A stretch of 64,000 nucleotides of DNA, taken from assembly GCA_965235115.1 (NCBI GenBank), contig OZ249440.1, positions 32,552,001-32,616,000 of the forward strand. Direction: 5' to 3'. Made by a program: the position numbers and the translations under genes. Under the pieces are notes generated by a model, which ran no database searches, was not told the origin of the DNA, and saw only the letters and a program-made list of their open reading frames with translations. Origin of the DNA: Laetmonice hystrix. Taxonomy: Eukaryota. Shown here piece by piece: positions 50,776 to 61,623 of the stretch (positions are counted from its first letter, which is position 1; each line of letters starts with the position of its first letter).

Positions 50776-51628
50776 AAATACGAGTTCAGCGACAAACTGG
50801 AATCTTTTATGAAGGCGAAACGAGGATGGTTGTAAGTAGGGGAAGCACTAAGTCAACTTACTTCATTTCGTTATCAAATATTCATTACTGAATCCGGGTA
50901 AGGGGTTCAATGTTTACACCAGGAACTCTCTATGACCACCGTATTAGTTCCTATCCATAAGATCATGCGCAGTTGGGACAGGAAGTGGAGGAAAGGAAAT
51001 GACGAGGCGCCGCGGAGGATATAAATACAAGCAAAGGGTCAAGGTTGCAGGGTGTCAAGTTCCTATTTTTTCCTATTTTTTCCTATTTTTCGGCATCATT
51101 CCTATTTATTCCTATTTTTGGAGTAAAATTCCTATTTTTTCCTATTTTGGGGCAGTATAGATCCCTAAAGTATTTCTACACATGTCTTTTGTCGATTTTT
51201 ATAAACCGTAAAATTGCGTGAATTTCAATAAATGGTACCAAAGTGAACACCACCTCGTCGCTGGACATTTTTTTACAACGACTTAAGCTTTTAGTCCATG
51301 AGCCAGATAGGTTGATCGGTACCAGTTTGGGGGGCAAATTGTCACTAGTACCATCTTGTAGTACTACCCAAAGGTGAATAAATTTGGTATGATAGACATT
51401 CCAAAGTAGTAGCTTAATCACTGTTTTACAGTGTTACATTTTACCAAGATATGCCCCCATTAATACAAAGGATTTAGCTTATAACACTCGTAACCATGTA
51501 TCAGGAATGGCCATAACGGGTTCTATACTTCCTGTGAAGCATAGAATTACTTCCTATCCAACAGGGGCGGATCCAGGATTTTGGAAAGGGGGGTACATGA
51601 ATTCAATATGAAATTTTCCGTCTGGTTA

Positions 51629-52345
51629 AGCTGTATCCTCACTGGACGCGAGCGACGCGAGCGATGCGCGCGTTTTTTTTAGAAGTAATGGAAATGAATT
51701 GAGCCATCTGCACTGGCCACGCGCGACGCGCACGTCATTTTTTGTGACGCGCGCGTCGCGACACAGATAGGACTGGTTCTATTTTTGTCGCGCTACGCGC
51801 GCGATAAAAGACATCTTGATTAATCAAAAGTGAGATCTACGACCTTGTTCAAGAGTGTCAAGAGACTAATATACACCTATACACGCCTAAAGCCTACTCA
51901 TTTTTAATTAATTTTAACACTGACGGTGTATCTCATGGAAGCCCTGAGCTATTATGTAGGCCTATAGGCCTACCTCTAGAACTCTCATTCAAGAGCATGA
52001 GCTTTAATTCGTAATGCAAACAATTATGAATTGCTTTCCTGTGCCCCCTCCCCCTTTAGGCTTTAGTGATATCCTGGACCCGCAATTGATAGACGGGCAT
52101 AGTGTAAATACCTCTATGTTCCTAGGCCCGTAGCCTATACGCAGACGTATCACGCGCATCTGGTGAAGATAGAAAAATATCGCGTCGCATTACTTCTATT
52201 TTAGAAGTAATGGAAATGAATGGAGCCATCTGCACTGGCCTCGCGCGACGCGCGCGACATTTTTTGTGACGCGCTCCATTCATTTCCATTACTTTAAAAA
52301 ACGCGCGCGTCGCTCGCGTCGCACGCGTCCAGTGAGGATACAGCT
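51629..52345. mobile_element. PIF/Harbinger-like MITE
   Basis: TIR agctgtatcctcactggacgcg / cgcgtccagtgaggatacagct; flanks TTA / TCA. Confidence 0.8.
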
Positions 52346-52399
52346 TCAGCCCTTTCCTACGAAGACGCTGGCATTAATACAAAGAAACGTAATGTAAAG

Positions 52400-53738
52400 A
52401 CATCTTGTTACATAAGGAACTCCTCGAGAACTTGAAACTGGTGAAAAACAATAAAACACCTGGCTCTGATGGTCTCCCTGCTGAATTTTACAAATTCTTT
52501 TGGACAGACACCAATAACCTTGTCTTTTCCTCACTAAATTATGCCTACTCTGCTGGACATCTTTCTATGGAGCAGAAGCGTGGAGTCATAACCCTAATCC
52601 CCAAAAGGGCAAAAATAAATATTCATAACTAACTGGAGAACTATCTCTCGTCTTTAATTAATACCGACTATTGCTAAAACACTCACTGCTCGTCTCTGTG
52701 CCGTTTTACCAGATATTATTAGCGCGGATCAGACCGCTTATATCAAAGGACGTTTCATTGGTGAACATATCCGTGTGATATACACGATATACTGTCCATT
52801 GCACAAACACGCGAATTATCCTGGATTATAATGACGGTCGATTTTGAAAAGGCTTTCCATACTGTCTCCTGGACCTTCATTAATAAAACCCTTCAGGCCT
52901 TTTATTTTGGCCCTATTTTCCATAACTAGCTTCCATAGCTTCTAACATAAGAAAAGATAAAGATGTAAAAGGTGTCTTTAGAAATGATTACGAAATTAAA
53001 ATTACTCAAGCTGCTGATGATACTACACTAATTCTCCTTGATTGTGAGTCCCTAAAGAATGCTCCTAAAATCTTAGACTTATTTTTCTAATGCGCAGGCT
53101 TAAAAATTAACTTAAACAAAACGGTGGCAAAATGGATCAATGCTCCACCAAATATAAACTCCCAATCTTTTTGGTATTATATGGACCAACGGAAATATAC
53201 AGTTCATTGGTGTTACTTTTGTACGCAATGAGTTTGAATCATACAAGATAAAGTTAAACTTCGAAACTAAGATCACTAATCTCCGTAACTTACTTAACTT
53301 TTTGCGTCAGAGAAATCTCTAAATAAAAGGAAAGATCACTGTAATTAATTCGCTTGCCATCTCTCCTTTTTATTTATATGGCTCAAATAATTAGCGTAGC
53401 CAAAAATGTTATCGTTGAAGTAGAAGAACTGTTATATGACTTTTTATGGAGTGGTGGTAGGTCAAAAGTTGCCAAAAGTGTCATCACTCAAACGATAGAT
53501 AATGGTGGTTTGAAAATGGTGGATTTTAACAGGTAAGCCAGGTCTCTCTTAAACCTATACCTGAACACAAAACCATTCCATTTTTTCCAATATACAGATA
53601 TTGTGACTTGAAAGCGCTGCCTCCCTTTTATAGGGAGTTATTAACCTTCTGGAACGATATAAAGAATGTTAACCCCACCAATCGGGAACATTATTCTCAA
53701 ACAATATATTTGGAATAACAATTCTCTATTAATTGGCA
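52400..53738 (+). pseudogene. Degenerate L1/Tx1-clade ORF2 (RT) fragment
   Basis: KTPGSDGLPAEFYKFFW, GVITLIPK, NWR, DQTAYIKGRFIG, DFEKAF, ADDTT, FLWSG...GGLKMVDF, IWNN. Confidence 0.85.
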
Positions 53739-56154
53739 AAATACGAGCTCGACGACAACGAAGTCGGGATCATTTATGAAGATAAACGAGGATGGTTGTA
53801 GTAGGGAAATCTTTAAGTCAGTAAACTTACTTCGTTATCAATCCATTACTGAATCCACGTAAGAGTTTCAATGTTTACACCAGGAAGTCTATGACCACCA
53901 TATTGGTTCCTATCCATAAAATCATGCGCAGTTGGTACAGGAATTGGAGGAAAGGAAATGACTAGGCGCGGCGGAGGGTATAAATACAAGCAAACGGTCA
54001 AGGTTGAGTCCTCAACATCTGTCGGGACGAAGTGAACGAACGTGCGTGCCTAGCCTGCGTTGTGGTTCATCGGTTAGAGTTTGGTGAGTTCGTTCTAGTT
54101 TTGGTTTCCATTCCACTCAACTGTATTATGTAGCCTAAACTTGCCGTAGTCGGTGTCAGCCACGTCCGTTTCCAGAACACATTTTATTCTCAACAATTCG
54201 GTTCAGTATCTGACAGCCTTGACGTGGAGTCTTAGTTTTACATCGTGTTGGGTAGTAGGCCGGTTTAGCGTATTGTAGCCTGTCCTGAGTTCGTCTTGCT
54301 CAAAGTAATATTGGTCTACTAATATAGGCGGGAATGATTTATGTTCTTCAGGCATAGTATCAAGACTTTTACTTTATGTTAGGAACTTATGTTCTGTGCC
54401 ATGACGCATATTCCTTTCCGAACCCGGCCCACCCCACCCCATTACACTAGGTTATAACTGGGTCGAACTGTATTGGGCCTACTTCGTTACATTAGTTGGT
54501 TTTAGAGGAACCTTATGTATTTATCAGATTGATGTTTTGCTTACCATTTAATGTTACCTTAATCTTAGATCTCGCTACTTGGTAGTTTTCGCAGTGGTAC
54601 AGTGTAATTCTATTGAAAAGGTGTCTCTCGGGTTCATGTCGGTGCATCTGCTTTAGGACCAGTTCAGTAGCATGATTTGACCGGGGTCACTCGTGCACGG
54701 TTGACAGGGTTTGTATGGACCGCATGCGTTTCAAACGCCACTGGGTGGGTACCTATTTTTGGTAGACAGACGGGACACTTTCCTTTTGGTCAACGTTTCA
54801 TTTATTATGGGAGTTTGTGGTTTCATACACTTTTCGTTTGTAAGTTAGTCGACCTTTGATATCCATTTCTTTAACTGAGCTGTTTGGTATGTCCTCATTT
54901 ATCCATATTTCTTTTAAGCAATGCTTCAATGTGTCATGGTGAGAATCATGTTTGGCATAATTGTCTGCTCAACGGGATTCTTGTCTTTCGCCTTGGATAC
55001 TTCAGTTCAGTCTTCACATTACGTTTTAGAATTTTGTTGCTTTTTAACGGGGTATCCTTCAGTTTTTTCATCCCGGATTTCAAGATGGTTTCGTCTTTAG
55101 TACTATACTCAGGCGCAGTAATTTGTGTTATTTCTTCACTTTAAATGCATATATATCGGCATACATAAAGCTTACTATGGTTTCAGGTTTTCGTCTTATT
55201 CCTTTCATAATTTAATATTTTGCTACCTTAGGAGTACATTTTAGTATGTATAGCGTTGAATTGTTATGCTGACCAGACATGTTAAATCAGAGCAGTTGGG
55301 CATGCAATGAAGGATCCCTACGCTGGTGCATGTTAACTAAGATGTTTCCTACTACTAGCTTCTTCTAAGTTGCTTTTTGAATGATTCTAAATATACTTGG
55401 TATTTCGGAAAGGACGAGGTTGTATACCGGTATCGAATTATGCATGAATTTGCTTCATTATGCAAATATTTGTTTTATTATACTATTAATACTCGCTTAT
55501 TTAGAGTTTACGGTAGGTGCTAACCGGGTACATTTGATTTTAGTCGTATTAGTTCCTTTTGCATTTTGACCAGAGGATCCAGGTACATCCGCTTCGGAAC
55601 TCTTCCCCGTTATGAGAATTGGTCTGAGCAAATTTTTCTTTTTAGTCATGTTAAGTTTATCAATTTAGCTGTATATATTATAACTTCTCGATTTGTACTG
55701 CGTTCTTCAAGACTTCGTTACGTTTAGTTACTTCATCCTGTGATTACGTTTATTTGGTTTGGATGATTATGCTCTTCCTAACTACACTCTTCGAGTTAGC
55801 TTCGTGCTGGTTCTGACCCTTCCCCCCCCCCCCACTCGGCTGGGAGGTATATTGCCGAGGAGGATTTTCTCCTTGATGGTATCCACTACAGAGGCAGGTA
55901 TAAACCGTACCGCTCCCTTCGAGGTGCCGCGTTCAGTGTGAGCTGGACTGGACGGAGTATAACTTTATGTTTTAGTTAATTCATTTACAATTCATGATAC
56001 GCTTTTTGGTCATATGTACCTTGCAACCTGTTTCACTTTCAAGTTGCTTCTCATAAATGTATTTTCTGCTTGGTGGGCTGGGTGTGTTCCTGGGGGCCCC
56101 GGTCCCTCCTCCACAAGTGTGTACGTGTATGGTGTTTCCATTTGGTTCCGCCTC

Positions 56155-57030
56155 TGTTGTCCTGGGGGGATGTATTTGGGGTCCATGTGGTTCCGTATGG
56201 ACTGTGGACCCCACTCCCCCCCGGTTGGAGGGTGCGTGTCTGCCCCTACCTATATGTTGTCCTGGGGGGATGTAGGGTCCATGTGGTTCCGTATCGACTG
56301 TGGACCCCACTCCCCCCCGGTTGGAGGGTGCGTGTCTGCCCCTACCTATATGTTGTCCTGGGGGGATGTAGGGTCCATGTGGTTCCGTATCGACTGTGGA
56401 CCCCACTCCCCCCCGGTTGGAGGGTGCGTGTCTGCCCCTACCTATATGTTGTCCTGGGGGGATGTATTCGGGGTCCATGTGGTTCCGTATGGACTGTGGA
56501 CCCCACTCCCCCCCGGTTGGAGGGTGCGTGTCTGCCCCTACCTATATGTTGTCCTGGGGGGATGTATTTGGGGTCCATGTGGTTCCGTATGGACTGTGGA
56601 CCCCACTCCCCCCCCGGTTGGAGGGTGCGTGTCTGCCCCTACCTATATGTTGTCCTGGGGGGATGTAGGGTCCATGTGGTTCCGTATCGACTGTGGACCC
56701 CACTCCCCCCCGGTTGGAGGGTGCGTGTCTGCCCCTACCTATATGTTGTCCTGGGGGGATGTAGGGTCCATGTGGTTCCGTATCGACTGTGGACCCCACT
56801 CCCCCCCGGTTGGAGGGTGCGTGTCTGCCCCTACCTATATGTTGTCCTGGGGGGATGTATTCGGGGTCCATGTGGTTCCGTATGGACTGTGGACCCCACT
56901 CCCCCCCGGTTGGAGGGTGCGTGTCTGCCCCTACCTATATGTTGTCCTGGGGGGATGTATTTGGGGTCCATGTGGTTCCGTATGGACTGTGGACCCCACT
57001 CCCCCCCGGTTGGAGGGTGCGTGTGTGCCC
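56155..57030. repeat. 96-101 bp GC-rich minisatellite, ~9 copies, with higher-order structure
   Basis: cctgggggga starts at 56161, 56261, 56357, 56453, 56553, 56654, 56750, 56846 and 56946. Confidence 0.92.
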
Positions 57031-57779
57031 CTCCCCCCGTTTTCTGGGATGATAGGCCGGTGCTTTTTGGTCCCGGACCTCCCAGAGTTATTTGGAGGAG
57101 AGGGTTGGGGTTCCTCGGGTCCCCCCCCCCCTAAGCGATGGATGTGGTCTTTGTACCTCTGCGGTTACTGTAATCTCTCCTGAGTAATTTTCTTCATGAT
57201 TCAATTTGGGTTCACATGAGTTAGTTTGTCATTTCTGCCTTTGTTCCCTTCTAGTATCTAAATTGGTGCATCTTATGTTCCTCTTAATCCAGATGACTGC
57301 GTTGGAAATTTTTTGCATTTCCAGTTTTGCTCCCAACATGGTAGGCCCACGGCTTCGGAGGGGTCGGGGACGTGCGTCGGCTCGGGACCGGCGTCCAATT
57401 CGTCCGGCGGGCTCCGAGGACACTCCAGAGAATGAGCAGTGCCAAGGAGGGGACGTTGTCGTGCGTAATCAGATGCTTTTCTGGAGGCTGCGACCCACTG
57501 GCTGGCAGACGGAGATGGGGCAAGACATGAACGTTACCTCTGGGCTTTATTCCACCAAAAGGCAATATTGTTACCAGGGTTAAGTGGTTTTTAGTCGGTT
57601 CCGCCACTTGCATTTATTTTTGTTGCTGTAGCAAGTGGGGTTTTGTTTTTGTGAGTTTTGTGGCTCACACAGGGGATCATTAGGAGTGGAATCCTATTCT
57701 AATTGGGGGACGTCACTCCATTTTATTACTGGTAATAGTGGGGTTTTGTATTGAAGATCTGTCATTCTTGGGTTTCCTG

Positions 57780-58190
57780 GTTATTTAATTTTATTGTTTT
57801 ATATTATGATGCATATTATTCATTTTATTTTTATTTCTATTGTGATTACTTAATGGTATTATACATACATTTTATTTTTATTACTTATTGCTCTTATTTC
57901 AATTATCAATTATATATTTTTAAAGATTATTATTATTATTCATTTTATTATCGTGATTGTTATTTATTTTATTTACTGTTATTCAATTTTTATTATTATT
58001 GATATTTTTATTATAATCATTTCATGATTATCATTCTTTATTATTGCCATCCCTTTCGTTATTATTTTGTTATTCATTGTATTGTTATTATAGTTAATTG
58101 TATTCTTTACTATAATGTTACTATTTTTGTTATTGATGAGGTCCATCCCTCTGGTTTATTACTATTATTACTATTATCACTATTATTGGG
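57780..58190. repeat. AT-rich low-complexity (TAT/TTA)n tract
   Basis: Degenerate tat/tta triplets. Confidence 0.8.
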
Positions 58191-59985
58191 AGTATGCTCC
58201 CAATGAACTATTGGTCTATGGATGCCGTGTCTGTCCATGTGCCTTTCTAAAGTGTATCACTTAGTCTTCTTGTTCCAAATTACTGCTTGGAATTTTTATT
58301 GCTCTTCCAGTGGACGCTTCGCAGCTTGGTACAGTACAGGAGGGGCCGCTGTGGTGCGTCATCAGGTGCTTCATTTAGGAGCGGTGCTTAGTCGGTGAAG
58401 ATTGGGTAGGAGTCTGATGTTAGGCTCAGGTCGGATTCCGTCGTTAGACATACAGTGGAAGTAGCTTACTGCTCCGTGGTTGACTCTTCTTCAGGTCTGC
58501 CAGGGAGACCGACTTCCAGTAGGCCAGAAATGGACCGTTTCAGTGACTTGTATCCTGGATTGCATGATAATTAGGGCACCAAAATTCCGATTTGCATGAC
58601 TTCTAGTGGTCAGTCAGTGAGAAGCATTCCAAGGTACACCGGCTTCACCTTGCAGCGGATCGTGGAAGAGTATACTTTGAGGAACTCCATGGCCTCTCGG
58701 CGCCGTTGGCATGGTTGCGATTGGAGGGCTCACGTAGCCTACACTTCTACGCTTTTCCTGGGTTTTTACCTAGCCTATTGGTTGGGATTTTATCCCTGGT
58801 TTTTAGTGCGGGAGGTATATAATACGTCTAACGGGGCAAGCTCACATTTAAGAGTTTATGTGATGTATTGACAGTTAGAATGGCAAAGCTTCTTTTCAGG
58901 TGCTCGGATGGTCAGGTGGACTGCCCAAGAATATTCGTCTGCCTTTTTGGGTGGCTCCAGCTGTATCTCCGATTCAGCTTAGTGCCCATGTTGTCTCCAC
59001 CTAATAAGGCAGAACAGTAATTTCTATCCTACGTATATGGATTTGGGTACAACTATATATACAGATTTATAAAGTGTCGATTGTTATCATCCGATGTAAT
59101 TAATTATTCAACTTCATTATGTAGTCTCCACGTTTCAACCTTTGTATAGAGTCCTCTTAGCGGGGATCGACGGGTTACAATGTAAATAAAATGTAACCTA
59201 CAATACCATCCTCCTCTCCGAGTTTTGACTTCATAAATACGAGCTCGACGACAACGAAGTCGGGATCATTTATGAAGATAAACGAGGATGGTTGTAGTAG
59301 GGAAATCTTTAAGTCGGTAAACTTACTTCGTTATCAATCCATTACTGAATCCACGTAAGAGTTTCAATGTTTACACCAGGAAGTCTATGACCACCATATT
59401 GGTTCCTATCCATAAAATCATGCGCAGTTGGTACAGGAATTGGAGGAAAGGAAATGACTAGGCGCGGCGGAGGGTATAAATACAAGCAAACGGTCAAGGT
59501 TGAGTCCTCAACATCTGTCGGGACGAAGTGAACGAACGTCCCACCTCCACCCCGACTCCTCCGTCTTCGTCTTTTATGCAGAATATTCATCTACGATAAT
59601 TTAGCTGTATTTTGCGGGGGCTTATGTGCTGGGCAGGGTTAAGGGTAAGGATACTCGGGGTCAGTGTGGTCTGCCCGGGTTTTGGGGGTTAGTTGGGTTA
59701 TCTGGGAGGGTTGTCTGGGTTACTTGATTCTGCCCATGTTGTCTCCACCTAATAAGGCAGAACAGTAATTTCTATCCTACGTATATGGATTTGGGTACAA
59801 CTATATATACAGATTTATAAAGTGTCGATTGTTATCATCCGATGTAATTAATTATTCAACTTCATTATGTAGTCTCCACGTTTCAACCTTTGTATAGAGT
59901 CCTCTTAGCGGGGATCGACGGGTTACAATGTAAATAAAATGTAACCTACAATACCATCCTCCTCTCCGAGTTTTGACTTCATAAA

Positions 59986-60250
59986 AACCCTTTTGTTGGA
60001 AACAGTGGATTAATATGGGTGTACTTTACATTTCTGACTTACTTTTGTTGGAAACAGTGGATTAATATGGGTGTACTTTACATTTCTGACTTCCTAACAC
60101 CTGACTCTGGCTTTATGTCACATACTGATCTCCATACCAAGGGAGTCCGATGTAACTTTCTAGACATATTACAAATACGTCAATGTATACCCTTTGAGTG
60201 GAAGGTTATCCTATTTTTAAAGATTCCAACGAATATTTTAATATAAGTCA
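59986..60250 (+). pseudogene. Continuation of the L1/Tx1 ORF2 fragment (with a local ~50-bp duplication)
   Basis: KPFCWKQWINMGVLYISDF...LDILQIRQCIPFEW continues IWNNNSLLIGK from 53738. Confidence 0.8.
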
Positions 60251-60289
60251 TGACAAAATCTACTGGGTATATCTTATCCTATGACATCA

Positions 60290-60532
60290 TTTGGGTGGGT
60301 GGGTATTTGGGGTTTTACGCCTTGCAACAGCGAGGGTCATATCATGGCGGTGAGTGAGTGAGTGAGTGAGTGAGTAGTGGTGGTTTTCCGCCGTGTCGGC
60401 ATCCGGGGCCATCTTCACGCGAGTTATAAGACCATAAAACCAAAGGAACCTATTTTATCCCGGGTCCCGGGTGAAGATGATGATGAAAGTTAGTTTTTCT
60501 TGGTGGAGGAAACCGGAGTACCCGCAGAAAAA
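60290..60532 (-). mobile_element. SINE 3' fragment (V-domain-like) with (GAGT)n tail
   Basis: Minus strand ttttctgcgggtactccggtttcctccacc; gtgagtgagt microsatellite. Confidence 0.55.
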
Positions 60533-61623
60533 GATGTCAGTAGACTTGTAAATAAACATATACTACCTTATAAGAAGAAAACTGCACATTATGTACTTAT
60601 CAGGTTGTGTTCAAGAAAGTTCTACCCTGCTTGTATCATATAACAGTCTACTTGTATACAAATGATTATTTACCAAGCCATAAATGTATCTAAATACTAT
60701 AAATTGTTATATAACAATACCTATCATATTTCAAGTTAGTCTATAACGGTTTAAAAGGAAAATAAAAGCCCGGATGCCTAAATAATATTGGGCAAACCAA
60801 GCTGATTGGCGATATATCCCTAATTTTGGAGTAGCAAGTTGCACTGACCCACCCATGAAAACCCGTTGATATAACACATTAAGCTACTACTTACAAATGT
60901 CTATCATGCAGAAATATTAAGTAGGGATATCATACTTAACAAAAATGCATATTAGAATTTGCCCCCCAAACTGGTACCGATTGGCCATTTTGGGCCCATC
61001 TGGCTCATGGACTATTTAGAATCTTAAGAATTTATTTAAGTCGATAGTGACTATTCAAAAAAATCATATTTTCCATATGTACATGTATTTTCTGTTTGAT
61101 ATTCCTATTTTATTTTATTCCTATTTTTTGCCACAGCAAATTCCTATTTTTTTGAGGGTCATTGGCACTTGACACCCTGAGGTTGAGTCCTCAACATCTA
61201 TCGACACGAAGTGAACGGACGTCCCACCTCCGCCCCGACTCCTCCATCGTTTTTTGTGGGGAATCTACGATTATTCAGCGTGTTGGATAGGGTTAATTCT
61301 CGAGGTCAGCGCGGCTGCCCGGGTTTTGGGGGTTAGTTGGGTTATCTGGGGGATTTCTGGGTTGCTTCCTTTCTGCCCATGTTGTCTCCACCTAATAAGG
61401 CAGAACAGTAATTTCTATCCTACGTATATGGATTGTGATACATCTATATACAGATTTGCATACTGTTGTTTGTTATCATGCGATATAATTATTCAACTTC
61501 ATTGCGTCTCCAAGACGGGTTTCAACTTTTGTATAGAGTCCTCTTATTGGGGATCGACGGGTTACAATAAAATAAAAATGTAACGTACAATACCATCCTC
61601 CTCTCCGAGTTTTTGACTTCATA

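Larger units (their letters stand above)
53739..59985 (+). mobile_element. Non-autonomous Ngaro/PAT-type tyrosine-recombinase retrotransposon (split direct repeats A1-body-B1-A2-B2)
   Basis: A1 53739-54043 = A2 59235-59539 (305 bp); B1 58983-59237 = B2 59731-59985 (255 bp); AAA shared at the B1/A2 junction and at both ends; no TSD; L1 ORF2 reads through once the element is removed. Confidence 0.82.
51048..61179. mobile_element. 10.1-kb non-autonomous hAT-like element with 6-bp TSD, carrying nested elements
   Basis: TIR cagggtgtcaagt / acttgacaccctg; AGGTTG duplicated (51042-51047, 61180-61185); ttcctatttt subterminal repeats; inverted internal block 51295-51341 / 60957-61013. Confidence 0.82.

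Noticed and set aside
56014..57183. 389-aa and 354-aa ORFs
   Set aside because: They are translations of the 96-101 bp minisatellite, with the same peptides recurring in rotating frames
57751..58206. Hydrophobic Tyr/Ile-rich ORFs resembling membrane proteins
   Set aside because: Low-complexity (TAT)n sequence
53739..59985. Conventional LTR retrotransposon
   Set aside because: Repeats are arranged A..BA.B, with no TG...CA termini and no TSD
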